A stretch of DNA of 64,000 nucleotides from Azolla caroliniana (Eukaryota; Plantae; Polypodiophyta): the NCBI GenBank assembly GCA_043228905.1, contig JBHGNT010000004.1, positions 4,340,001-4,404,000 on the forward strand, given 5' to 3'. The translations under genes were made by a program, and so were the position numbers. The notes under the pieces were generated by a model. It worked only from the letters and a program-made list of their open reading frames with translations. It was not told the origin of the DNA and searched no databases. Within the stretch, counting starts at the first letter, position 1. Each line of letters begins with the position of its first letter. Positions 12,741 through 24,300 of this stretch are shown in pieces.

Positions 12741-14813
12741 TTATATTATTTTTACTTTTTCACGTAGTGTACGAAATACACTACGACACTCGTCCCCTCC
12801 GAACCCGCACATCCTCCGGTATGTGCCGAAGTTGCCGATGCTCGTTGTCTCCCCTTCATCCTCCGTTTGTCCCGCTATGTCAACTTTGTCTCTCCATTTT
12901 GAGTAGACCCATTCTTTCCACCCGAACCATTGTCGCCATCCGATCCACCATATTATTTGTTCTCTCTCGTCATATTCTTGGCCCTTGTCATTCGTGGTAG
13001 TGTCTTTTACTGGCCTCTTTCTTGTCTTCATCAACCTTGACTTTTTTCCGGATCGCTCTCGTCCGATCGACTTTCGGTTTGATCGGCTTCCGATCGGATT
13101 CGTATTCGGCTGAATCGGAATCGGTTGTTTGGTTTTGATTGAGTCGGTCTCCTTCCGCCCCGGTTTCGATCTATCGGTTTCGGTTTCGGTTGGCTTTCTT
13201 TTCCTCGTTTTCACCAGCCTCGACCGGTCCAACCTTCGGTTGAGTCGGATTAGCTTCTTTCCGGATCGATCTCGTCCGATTGGCTTTCGGCTAGGTCGGC
13301 TTCCATCCATATTCGCGTTCGGCCAAGTCAGACTCGGTCGATCGGTTTTGACCAAGTCGACCCCTTTTCGGGTCGGCTTTCTTTCGGGTCGTCTTTCGGC
13401 CGAATCCTCATTCGCCCGGTTCGGCTTTCGTTTGTGTCGTCTTTCAGCCGAATTCTCTTCCTTTCGGTTCGGCTTTCTTTCGGGTCGACTTTCGGTCGAA
13501 TCCTCTTTTACCCGGTTCGGCTTCCTTTCGGATCGGAATCCCGTCCGGATCACCTTCCATCCTAACTGGCTTCCGACTTTACCTTTCTTGCCGCCACCTC
13601 CCGTCTCTCCGGTCTCACGTTGGTTCTCGGACACAACTGCCGAAGTCTCTAGAATTAGTGGGTAGGAATCCTCGGTATTATCATCCTCCATTGTTTCACC
13701 CATAGCCATATTCTCGGCTATCTCTCCGTCGTATGAATCGGCTTCGACCTTTGTTTTCTCTCCGCCACCTTCCGTCTCTTCGGTCTCACGTTGCCTTTCG
13801 AACGCAACCACCGGAGTCTCTGGAATTAGTGGTGGGGAAGTCTCGATATGGCCATCCGTCGTTGATTCGTCCATAGCCACCTTCAATTCGATGTCATCTT
13901 TCGTGGTGACCTCCTCAATCAAGTCCTCCTTGCTCTCTTTCACTGCATCAATTATGCAAACATCAATTATGCTTACCCCTTTTTCACCCGATGTTTCGGA
14001 CACTTGTATTCCGAAATCTTCTTCTACACTTGGGTTATCGGCCTTATCCTTCACTGTCGTTCTTTCGCAAGACAAGAGGGTAGCTTGTTTTACACCCTCT
14101 TCCGTCACACCATCATGTTGTATTTTGGCCTTCATATCAGCTCCATCGTTTGTCTTCAATCGACCATCCTTCATCGGCCATGTCGTTGACAAGATTCTCA
14201 TCTTCCTCTCATCATGTCTCCGGCATACCCTTTCGACTTTAGCCCAATCCTCGGTAAGGCCGTTCGCACCGTCATCATCTTCGAGTTCGATCCCAATGTC
14301 CATCCTTTCATTCCGATCGATCGATCTTACGAACATTAAGACTTTATCTCCTCCCACCAATCTTCGTTCCCGCTCCGAGAGTCGAGCAAAACGATGCTCG
14401 AACTCTAGGAACGCTTGCGTTGCACTTCGGTGAGTCTTCTCCGACGCCACCCATTCGTCGAATTCTCGTCGATCTCGTCCCGTCCATCTCTCATAGTCAT
14501 ATGCCTCCCGTAAAGCTTCTTCAAAGGACTCCCATGTCGAGTTTTGTTGTTGTATCTTGTGGATTCTCTCTTGTAGTTCGTCTGAGGCCACCCGACTAAA
14601 GGATGTCACTTGCAATCCTTCCGGTATCCCACATCGTATCATCTCCGCCTTGTAGTCACGTAGATAGCGTGACACACCCTTACCGTTGAATTCCCCGTTT
14701 CGTCGCAGAAGCCGCTCTACTGCCGCCTTCATCTCCGACATCGCACGTTGTTCTTGTTGCATCCGCTCAAACATTATCATCATCATGTTCATCGCCTCTT
14801 GTTGATTCTCCAT
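12741..14813 (-). CDS. 690-aa Gag-like protein with acidic then Arg/Lys-rich repeat C-terminus
   Basis: Open from ATG 14813; N-terminus homologous to the gag at 21398 (FNGK.VS.YL.DYK.EM.RC); no CCHC, PR, RT or INT. Confidence 0.8.
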   Translation of the reverse strand: MENQQEAMNMMMIMFERMQQEQRAMSEMKAAVERLLRRNGEFNGKGVSRYLRDYKAEMIRCGIPEGLQVTSFSRVASDELQERIHKIQQQNSTWESFEEALREAYDYERWTGRDRREFDEWVASEKTHRSATQAFLEFEHRFARLSERERRLVGGDKVLMFVRSIDRNERMDIGIELEDDDGANGLTEDWAKVERVCRRHDERKMRILSTTWPMKDGRLKTNDGADMKAKIQHDGVTEEGVKQATLLSCERTTVKDKADNPSVEEDFGIQVSETSGEKGVSIIDVCIIDAVKESKEDLIEEVTTKDDIELKVAMDESTTDGHIETSPPLIPETPVVAFERQRETEETEGGGEKTKVEADSYDGEIAENMAMGETMEDDNTEDSYPLILETSAVVSENQRETGETGGGGKKGKVGSQLGWKVIRTGFRSERKPNRVKEDSTESRPERKPNRKEENSAERRHKRKPNRANEDSAERRPERKPTRKGVDLVKTDRPSLTWPNANMDGSRPSRKPIGRDRSGKKLIRLNRRLDRSRLVKTRKRKPTETETDRSKPGRKETDSIKTKQPIPIQPNTNPIGSRSNRKSIGRERSGKKSRLMKTRKRPVKDTTTNDKGQEYDEREQIIWWIGWRQWFGWKEWVYSKWRDKVDIAGQTEDEGETTSIGNFGTYRRMCGFGGDECRSVFRTLREKVKII

Positions 14814-15493
14814 CTCCTTGCCACCCGCCTTCACGTTGTCGTGCCTTTCGGCTCCGGATCGTTGCGTGAGTCGGGTGGGAACCACAGAGGTCTTGGACTA
14901 GGAGAAAGAAGTTCGTGAGATAGAGATTAATTATGAGTAAATAGCAAAGAGAAAGACAAGAAACTCGTGAATCACACGAGTATACTATATTAATTGGTAC
15001 TTAGGGTGTTAAGAGAGAAGTAGATGTATAAATCGTGAATCCCACGAATAATTTTTGTATTGTTTAATACTTAATCCAAATAATCAACAACAACTACAAT
15101 GTGCTCCCCATCCTTATATAGTGATGGGAGAGACTAAGCATAGCTACATGCTTTTTCTCATATGTTCATGCACACTAAATGTGCATGTGATGCTTTTTAT
15201 TTTATTTTATTTCCTAAGTATAGGGCTCATGCACGCTAGATGTGCATGAGTTATTTTTAGTGTCTCGTGTTTTTTCTTTTTCATATATTAAAGAAATACA
15301 CGATTTACCTTTTAATAAAGGTATGCATAAATAAAGGTCTTATACATATTAAATCTATATTTAAAACACTTAAGATAATTTAATGTAATGGTAAGGTTGG
15401 TGTTTGTCAACGTGGAGGTGCAGAGTTCGAATCACGCCCTGCGCAGTAGTGAGTATTTCCTTTTTTTTTTTTTTTTTTTTTACATTTATGTCT

Positions 15494-15689
15494 CTTCCTT
15501 GCCGGTATGCCGTTTTCTTCCTTGCCGGTATGCCGTTTTCCTCCTTGCCGGTATGCCGTTTTTTCCTCCTTGCCGGTATGCCGTTTTCCTCCTTGTCGGT
15601 ATGCCGTTTTTCCTCCTTGCCGGTATGCCGTTTTTTCCTCCTTGCCGGTATGCCGTTTTTTCCTCCTTGCCGGTATGCCGTTTTCTTCC
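15494..15689. repeat. 8 tandem 23-25-bp units CCTTGCCGGTATGCCGTTTT(T)CCT inside the LTR; second copy 22094-22289
   Basis: Directly visible head-to-tail units with no spacers. Confidence 0.95.
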
Positions 15690-15756
15690 GGTTCTCCCCG
15701 AGCACTCCATTCTCTATCCGGAGGGACAAAAATATAATTTTCACATAGTGTGCAAC

Positions 15757-18700
15757 CTACACTACGACACTCGCCCCCTCCAAACCCGCACATCCTCCGG
15801 TATGTGCCGAAGTTCTTGATTCTTCGTATCCGTCTTCATCCGAAGCTTCCTCCGATTCTCCCCTTATGTCGACTATGAGTTGTAATCCACTTTCTTCGCT
15901 TCCCGCATCATTGTGGTCTTCGTCCGATTGCTCCTCGTTGTCGGCCTCGACTTGGATCACATAAGGTTTGTCGTCGGTCCGCTTCTTGAAAATCTTCACC
16001 CGCTTCCCGGCTATAGGCACTCGTAGTATTGTTCCATCCAACTCGGACAGTCGGTACGTCCCGTTGTCGAAGACCTTCCGAACCTCGTACGGCCCGAACC
16101 ACCTTTTCGCGAATTTCCGCATCGTTGTATGTTGATGGTCCAAGCTACTATCATAGACGATCACCCAATCTCCTTCTTCAATCCTCCTCGGTCGTAGTCG
16201 GTGCTTTGTGTCGAACCGGCTTTTGTTCCGGAACCGTGCTTCTTGTTGTCGGCGTGACGCTTCCGCTATATCTTTCGGTCTTCCCTCCAGTTGTCGTATC
16301 CGGACCGCTAGTAGTTCTTCCCGGCTCATCTCTTCCTTCCACGGTAGTATTGTCCATGTCGCGATTGCGGTTTCCGTTGGCATTACCGGTGCTTGTCCGG
16401 TCATGAGTTCTGCCGGCATGTAACCGGTCACGGAGCTATGCGTCGTCCGATCCGCCCATAGTGCATACGGAAGCATTTGTGGCCAATCCTTCACCCTTCC
16501 GTCGCATGCCTTCGCAAGTGCTTTCACGATCGGACTATGTCCTCGTTCGATCTTCCCGTTGGCCTCCGGATTGTAGGCCGTTGTCAACGTTAACCGAACT
16601 CCATGTTTGGCGAAGAATCCCCTAGCTTTGTCCGAGTCGAGTTCTCCCCGGTCCGCAATCACTTGTCCTACGCAGCCGTACCTACAAAACACTTCTTCCA
16701 AAAGAAATTGGCACACCGCGGCACACGTTTTCCTCCGAAGCGCTCGACCTTCAACTTGGTTTGTGAGATCTTCTCGAGCTAACACCAAGTATTTCTTTTG
16801 TCCAATCCCGGTCGGCATAGCTACAATGTCGACCATCCACTTGAAGTTGATTGTCGGTGAGAATGTCGGATGCAGCTCATCTCGGTGTCGGACCCCGGAG
16901 TAGACTTGACATTTCTTGCAGCTTTCTGTGAACTCCGCGACATCTTTATACATGTTCTTCCACCAATATCTTTGCTTGATTTTCACAAAAGTTGCCCATG
17001 TTCCTCGATGTCCAGCCCAATCGGATTCGTGGAACTCGGACATTATCCGGTTTCGTTGCTCTTTCGTCCCGACTACTCGAAGTGGTATCCCATCCGGTCT
17101 TTTCGGCGTCCTCCATATTAAACCGTTTTCCAAGAAGAACTTTTGGACTTGCCTCTTCTTCCTTCGGATCTCGGCTCTCCTTTCTTTATCATTGGTTGAA
17201 TCCTCGACCTCTTGTAGCATCTTCCCGATCATCAAGGTTTCCCCCTCGTATTCTTCTTCCCGGAATTCTCGGATCACGTTCACTCGGCATATGTGTTCTG
17301 ACGTGAAGTAGTCTTCGGAAACTTCTTCATTATCTGATTCGGTTATGTCGTCTTCAAACCGCACCCTCGATAACATGTCCGCTACCGCGTTGTCCTTCCC
17401 CGAGATGTGTCGAACCTCCGGATTAAGTGACTTGACATATGCAATCCACCTTAGCATAGCCACATCCGGTATCGTACAACACCGCATCATCCCGAGTATC
17501 GGAAGACAATCCGTCTCGATCACCACTTCAGCTCCGATCAAATAATCCCGATCCGATTTTATCGCCGACACGACTCCCCACAATTCTCTTTTGACTTGTG
17601 CATATCCGCGTTGCCTTTCGTTGAGGACCTTTGCTCCAAATCGGATCGGATACCGCGAACCATCCGAGTCGGCTTGATTGATGACCCACCCGATACCGGT
17701 TGGACTTGTATCAACCGTTACTATGATTGGCCGCTCGTAGCTTGGCTTCTTAAGTGATTCCGCCCTCCATAGTGTCTTCTTGAGCTTCCTCATGGCTTTA
17801 GTGTGTTCCGGTTTCCACTCGAATTTCTTACCTTTCCGCAACAAGTGATAGAGCGGGTCCGCTATATGTGCATAGTGTGGAATCCATATGTGATAGAATG
17901 CACACGCACCCAGAAACCTTCGGACTTCCGATGTTGACTCACATACTTCCTTCATAGCTTGAATCGCATCGATCTTTGTTGGTGACGGTCTTCGGCCGTA
18001 GGGTCCACATAGATGTCCGACCACCAATATTTCTTCTTGCCCGAATGCCGATTTCTCCCCGGAAAGTGTTAGGTGCACATCTTCTAGCTTTCGCAACACT
18101 TTCTCGCAATCATGAATATGGTCGACCACGAACTTTCGGCATCCCCGATCATCCATAGTCTCATCTTTTTCTTCCACCGCGCATCCTTTCATCGGAATGT
18201 CATCTAGAAACGGCATCGTTATCTCCGGGATGCAATCTCGAAGCACCTTGTTCATCGCGTTCATCATATGTGCAACCGAGTTTGTCGCTCCTTGTGGTAG
18301 TGTGCACATTCGAACTAGTCCTATCGGTGTCCGCATGGTAGTGATGTCTCGGCTCTCCACGGCTAGTTGGAATTGGTCATACCCCGAGTATAGGTCCCCG
18401 ATGGAGTATATCGCACGTCCGGCAAAAGCTTCCGCGAATTCGTCCACTATCGGGCCGACTCCCGAGTTCCGGATCGTGACCTTGTTCACCGGTTGCAAGT
18501 CTTGGATGAATCGGAGTGACCCATTCTTCTTCGGAACCGTAAATCATCGATTTGAGTACGGAGCACTTGATGGCTCTAGAATCCCCATCGCCACCTTCTC
18601 CTTGAGCAAGTCGATGACTTTCGGAATATGCGCCCGTGGCACCGGAATCGGCTTCAGGTTCCACGGTACATGATCAATCGTGAAAATCACCATCGGCTCC

Positions 18701-19368
18701 ACTATCTTTGGATCAATGCATCCGATCTCCCTCGATGTGAACGCGAATGCTTTGCCATGTTGCTCCAACATCTCTCGAAACCGTTTTTCTTCTTCTTGTA
18801 AGAGGAACCCACCTCCACCGATCCGAAGTTTCTTCCGGGTCTCATCTGTGAAGGCATGTCCGATATCCACGGACTTCCGAAGTGTCGGATCTCCTGAGAC
18901 TTCTTTCTTCTTTTGTTCGCTATCGGCGGGTAGTGGTCCCGCGGCCGGTTTCACCTTCTTCTCCACGGTCTTGTATTTCGTACTTACCATTGCTTCTTCT
19001 TTGCGGAGCGCATCCGGCCCCATTTTCGCAACGATCTCGTACATCTCGACCGATTCCACCGGGACTACCCGGTTCCCTTGGCTTTTATCTTCCGCAAGCT
19101 CTTCAAGCCGTTGTAGTGTATTCCCATAGAACACTTCCTCGATTACTCCCACGATTTCTTCGTCTTCTTTTATTATTGATGCCGACCGTAACTTATCCTC
19201 CACTTGTCGGTATTGTTTCTTAATTCCTCCGGTTACAGCCGTGTACGTAGATGCCCCATCCGGGCCGATTCGTACTTGTTTTGCTCCGAGAGTTTTCTTC
19301 CTGTGTGGGGTATCAAGGCGTCTCGGACTATCACTTCCCCACTCCGCAACAGTCCGCTTTAAAAATCC
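15757..19368 (-). pseudogene. pol (RT-RNase H-integrase) in the -1 frame relative to gag, with one nonsense codon at 18544-18546
   Basis: Frame open from the slippery site; LPQG, PFLDD, TVDTS, H..H..CKKC, WMVD..ADRGE..IER, WFGPY; NRW changed to NR* (TGG>TGA). Confidence 0.9.
19305..19368 (-). promoter_or_regulatory. -1 ribosomal frameshift signal: G_GAU_UUU plus predicted H-type pseudoknot
   Basis: Heptamer immediately before the gag stop; 5-nt spacer; stem CGGACTGTTGC/GTGATAGTCCG; loop GTGGGG pairs with downstream CCCCAC. Confidence 0.75.
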
Positions 19369-21398
19369 ATTCTCACTTGGGACAAGAGTTCCCTCTTGTT
19401 CCTTTCGTGATTTGCCGGCACTGTTAGGAATTGGACGGATTTCCCTCCGTTTTGGCTCCGAATTCGCGCAAAAGCCGCACCACTATCGAGCACCTTCGTC
19501 TCCATCCGTGAAGCCGTGATAAAGGGTTGGCCGAGGATGACAGAATGTGAAACCTCATCCTGCACAAAGAAATTTTGGTCAATTTCGACATCCCCGATCT
19601 TTACCGTCACATCCGGACAAGCCGCAAATAGGTCTTCTGTCGTTTTCGTGGCTGCCCGAATCTTCCATCCATGGTTGGTGTTTATAGGCCACTTCCCCTT
19701 TCGGTAGAACTCCTTGGACATCAAGTTGATCTCCGATCCGTGATCAATCAATGCTAGCACGGGTTCTTTGATGTTGCCGATTCGGACCGGAGTCTCCGTA
19801 GTTGCACGTGCCCAGTGTGGCCTTGTATAGTGGGAGTTCGGAATTTCGCCTTCCACTTCGGTGTCGTTCATCGAAACGGTATTTGCATTCACCCTTGGAG
19901 CATTTTCCTCCGTACTTTGTCTCTTCCTTTTCACGAGATCCACGAGAAGATCGTGAAACTCCTTCTTCGCTATTCCGAGTAGTTCCCGCAGCGAAAAATC
20001 TACCCGGCTATCCAAGATTCTTTCCTCGAACACTCTTTTCAAGTCGGTTTGTTGTTCTATGTCCGAGGCGAGCTTGAATGCCGGAGTCGCCTTTTCTTTT
20101 CCCTTACCTCCGGAGTTCCAGCTTTCCGGTATCTTCGATGGTCCGGCCGCATCCTCCGTGCGCCGTCGTTTCTCGTCCACATACACCTCATGTAATTGAC
20201 ACAGGGCGTATATGCTATTCTTGTCGACAGGGCACTCCCATCCCGTAGCTTCCCGGACGCCTTCCGCGGTGTTTCGGATATCGTTGGAGTCGGTTTTCTC
20301 GGTGTTTCCTAGCACCTCCGGCCAGAAAGACGCCTTCGCTCCCGATGACTCCCCGACACATATTCCCGCGGTTGTCGCATAGTTGCTTCTTGCCGCTAAC
20401 TCCTCCTCGAGCACCTTCTTCATGCCGCCTTTCCGGAAGTTCGGTCGGAGTGGCTTCCGAGAGTCCATCGAATGAATCCGGTTTCCCTCGTAGTAGATGA
20501 GATCCCGTCGTAGTGCCTCCTTATGGTCGTCGCAATCCCTCCGATCGTGTTCGGCGCTATCGCACCATATGCACCGTCGATCCGTATATTTGGAGCTTGT
20601 GGGGCGGTCATCCGACTTCTTCACCATCGCGATCTTTAGATTCTCCATCTCCTTCAGCAGCTGCTCCACCGTAGACGCGTCGACTCCCTTCTCGGCCGTA
20701 ATCTCCCGAGCCCTCGGTTGATGGTCTTCCAGTCCCGTTCTCGGTTTCGGAATCGGTTCCGAAACCCTCTTTTCTTCGTTGGCAAGCCATTGCCCCCTCT
20801 TCGTGTACCGCGCTACGATATCCCGCACGCTTTCCCATGTTTCGGTGAGGCCGCTTTCGGTGGTCGTGTCCTCAAGAAGCACTCCGAGATCTTTCCGGTC
20901 CCGGACGTCCACAGCTCGCAAAAACATGATGACTTTGTCCGGTGCAAGAATAGTTTGATCTCTCGCGGACAACCTCCCGAACCGACTTTCGAATGTCGAA
21001 AACACTTCGAGGACCTTCAGCCCCTTACCTGACGTTTCCACCCAATCCTCGAATCCCCTCCGCGTTGCCTTGGAGGAGTCCTCGATGGCAAACGTGGTCT
21101 TTAACGCCTCTTCGAATGCTTCCCACGTCGGATTTTGTTGTTGCAACCCGTGGATACTCCCTTGAAGCCCGTCGGTCGCCACCCGGTTAAAGGATGTCAC
21201 TTGCAGTCCTTCCGAAGCCCGGCACCGGAGCATCTCCACCTTGTAGTCCTGCAAATATTGTGACACATCCTTACCATTAAATTGCCCGTTGTGTTGCACG
21301 AGCCGCTCTACTGATGCCGAAATCTCCGACATCGTGCGTTGTTCTTGAAGCATCCGTTCGAACATCGCCATCATATTGTTAGCTTGTTGAGCCTCCAT
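19359..21398 (-). CDS. gag: Gag-protease polyprotein (679 aa)
   Basis: CCHC knuckle CIWCDSAEHDRRDC; aspartic protease LIDHGSEINLM...VILGQPF. Confidence 0.9.
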   Translation of the reverse strand: MEAQQANNMMAMFERMLQEQRTMSEISASVERLVQHNGQFNGKDVSQYLQDYKVEMLRCRASEGLQVTSFNRVATDGLQGSIHGLQQQNPTWEAFEEALKTTFAIEDSSKATRRGFEDWVETSGKGLKVLEVFSTFESRFGRLSARDQTILAPDKVIMFLRAVDVRDRKDLGVLLEDTTTESGLTETWESVRDIVARYTKRGQWLANEEKRVSEPIPKPRTGLEDHQPRAREITAEKGVDASTVEQLLKEMENLKIAMVKKSDDRPTSSKYTDRRCIWCDSAEHDRRDCDDHKEALRRDLIYYEGNRIHSMDSRKPLRPNFRKGGMKKVLEEELAARSNYATTAGICVGESSGAKASFWPEVLGNTEKTDSNDIRNTAEGVREATGWECPVDKNSIYALCQLHEVYVDEKRRRTEDAAGPSKIPESWNSGGKGKEKATPAFKLASDIEQQTDLKRVFEERILDSRVDFSLRELLGIAKKEFHDLLVDLVKRKRQSTEENAPRVNANTVSMNDTEVEGEIPNSHYTRPHWARATTETPVRIGNIKEPVLALIDHGSEINLMSKEFYRKGKWPINTNHGWKIRAATKTTEDLFAACPDVTVKIGDVEIDQNFFVQDEVSHSVILGQPFITASRMETKVLDSGAAFARIRSQNGGKSVQFLTVPANHERNKRELLSQVRMDF

Positions 21399-24300
21399 CT
21401 CCTTGCCACCCGTCTTCACGTCGGGTTCACCAACTGTGTCGTGCCTTTCGGCTCCGGATCGTTGCGTGAGTCGGGTGGGAACCACAGAGGTCTTGGACTA
21501 GGAGAAAGAAGTTCGTGAGATAGAGATTAATTATGAGTAAATAGCAAAGAGAAAGACAAGAAACTCGTGAATCACACGAGTATACTATATTAATTGGTAC
21601 TTAGGGTGTTAAGAGAGAAGTAGATGTATAAATCGTGAATCCCACGAATAATTTTTGTATTGTTTAATACTTAATCCAAATAATCAACAACAACTACAAT
21701 GTGCTCCCCATCCTTATATAGTGATGGGAGAGACTAAGCATAGCTACATGCTTTTTCTCATATGTTCATGCACACTAAATGTGCATGTGATGCTTTTTAT
21801 TTTATTTTATTTCCTAAGTATAGGGCTCATGCACGCTAGATGTGCATGAGTTATTTTTAGTGTCTCGTGTTTTTTCTTTTTCATATATTAAAGAAATACA
21901 CGATTTACCTTTTAATAAAGGTATGCATAAATAAAGGTCTTATACATATTAAATCTATATTTAAAACACTTAAGATAATTTAATGTAATGGTAAGGTTGG
22001 TGTTTGTCAACGTGGAGGTGCAGAGTTCGAATCACGCCCTGCGCAGTAGTGAGTATTTCTTTTTTTTTTTTTTTTTTTTTTACATTTATGTCTCTTCCTT
22101 GCCGGTATGCCGTTTTCTTCCTTGCCGGTATGCCGTTTTCCTCCTTGCCGGTATGCCGTTTTTTCCTCCTTGCCGGTATGCCGTTTTCCTCCTTGTCGGT
22201 ATGCCGTTTTTCCTCCTTGCCGGTATGCCGTTTTTTCCTCCTTGCCGGTATGCCGTTTTTTCCTCCTTGCCGGTATGCCGTTTTCTTCCGGTTCTCCCCG
22301 AGCACTCCATTCTCTATCCGGAGGGACAAAAATATAATTTTCACATAGTGTGCAACCTACACTACGACAACGTCGGGTTCACCAACTGTGTCGTGCCTTT
22401 CGGCTCCGGATCGTTGCGTGAGTCGGGTGGGAACCGCCAAGGTTTTGGACTAGGAGGAGGAAGAATTTGAGGCTAATCTAGTTATGAATATGAATAGATT
22501 ATAAGAAAGATATATAGAAACTTGTGAATCCCACAAGTATAATTGTTTTAGTTTATCTAAATCGTAGTAATAAATTGAAATTAGAATAGATTAGAGTAGA
22601 TTGAGAAAAGAGATCAAACCTTGTGAATCCCACAAGTATTACATTAATCAATATTTATGTAAGAATATGAATTTAGATTGAAAGAGATAGATTATCTTAA
22701 ACTTCGTGAATCCCACGAGTATATTTTATTAATTGGTGTTTTAGGAAATATATCCAATTTCCCAAATATTTCACACACTATTACATTGTGCTCTCCATCC
22801 TTATGTAGTGATGGGAGAGACTAAGCATAGCTACATGCTTTTTTTTTTTTCTAATATGTTCATGCACACTAAATATGCATGTGATGCTTTTCTAATCCTT
22901 GCTTTTATTTGCTAAATATAGTGCTCATGCACGCTAGATGTGCACGAGTCACTTTTTAGTTGCTTGCGTTTTTTTTCTATAAAATATTCACACACTCTAA
23001 AAATGCACGATTTACCTTTTAATAAAGGTAGGCGCAAATAAAGCACTTATACTTATTAAATCTATTTATAAAACACTAAAGATAAGGTAGTATAATGGTA
23101 AAGTTGAGGTTTGGCTACGTGGAGGTACAGGGTTCAAATCTTGCCCTATGCACGTGATAAATATTTTGATATTTTTATTTTATTTATTTATATGTAATTA
23201 AATCGGTTATATTATTTTTACTTTTTCACGTAGTGTACGAAATACACTACGACAACGCGTAGGTGAGAAGACAACCAAACCCGATTCCAAATCTGGGTTC
23301 TAGCCGGTCGTTCTCGAGACCTTGTCTAGAGAAAGGTTGCAGAAGGAGGAAGCGGAGTACGCAAAAGAACGTGTTCGCGAAGTTACCGAGTGGAGCGACC
23401 CCGTTGAAAAAAGCATCGGCTTTGTGGAGGCCGTGTGCAGAAACTACGAAGCCATGATCGACGAAAGGCGAGCGGGAAAAACCGGGGGAGCGGGCCCATC
23501 GGGGAGGCATGACACACGAAGCGCAACCAAAAAGCATGATGCCGCTCTGACTGGATCCCAGGAGAAGGAGAAGGGCAGGATTCCAAGCTTCTGCTTAAGC
23601 TCGGAGATAGAGAAAACAACGAACCTACAAAAGGTTCTAGAGGAGCGAGTTCTCGACAATCGCATAGAACTCACGCTTAGGGAAGTGCTCCGCATAGCAA
23701 GAAGGGAGTTCCACAACAACATCTTGGACCTCGTGAAGAGGAAGCGTCTCGCAATGGAACTGGAGCCCGAGAAGCCGGTTGAGGTAAGGGCGGCACTCTT
23801 CGATGAGATAACCATGGAAGACAAGCTCGCGGAGAGGCACTACGCCAAACCGCACCGGGCAAGAGCTACTACAGAAACCCCAATCCGTGTCGGGAATGTC
23901 AAGGAACCGGTGGTGGCATTAATCGACCACGGGTCGGAAATTAACCTGATGTCCATGGACTTCTACAAAAAGGGGAATTGGCCGATCAATACCAAACATG
24001 GGTGGAAGATACGCGCACGCGCGGCTACAATAGCCACGGAAGAGCTACACAGGGCTTGGCCGAACGTCAGGGTGAGCGTCGGGGACGTCGACATAAACCA
24101 ACACTTTTTTGTGTAAGAGACGTTCTCTCACCCGGTCATCCTTGGGGAACCATACATCACGACGGCTAGAATGGAAATGAAAGTGCTAGACAATGGCTCA
24201 GCCTACGCGAGGGTAAAAAGTCAGGACGGTCGTCACTCTGTTCAATTTTTGACCGTGCGAAAGAACCACGAGCGAAATCGGGACACCTTCGGAAACGATA

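Larger units (their letters stand above)
14837..22369 (-). mobile_element. Young, nearly intact tRNA-Trp-primed Ty3/gypsy
   Basis: 933-bp LTRs 14837-15769 and 21437-22369 with one visible difference; TSD ACGT; PBS TGGTGAACCCGACGTGAA; PPT GGAGGGGGCGAG. Confidence 0.95.
11919..23254 (-). mobile_element. Non-autonomous gag-only LTR retrotransposon (TR-GAG-like), split by the 14837-22369 insertion
   Basis: LTRs 11919-12788 and 22389-23254 nearly identical, TG..CA; TSD ACGC on both sides; Trp PBS; PPT; internal region only ~2.06 kb. Confidence 0.92.

Noticed and set aside
14814-14885. N-terminal extension MVPTRLTQRSGAERHD on two gag ORFs
   Set aside because: Non-ATG start inside U5; at 14885 it even comes from the LTR of the inserted element. 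The real starts are probably 14813 and 21398.
15494-15689. CRISPR-like array
   Set aside because: Head-to-tail units with no unique spacers, inside a eukaryotic LTR, and no cas genes.
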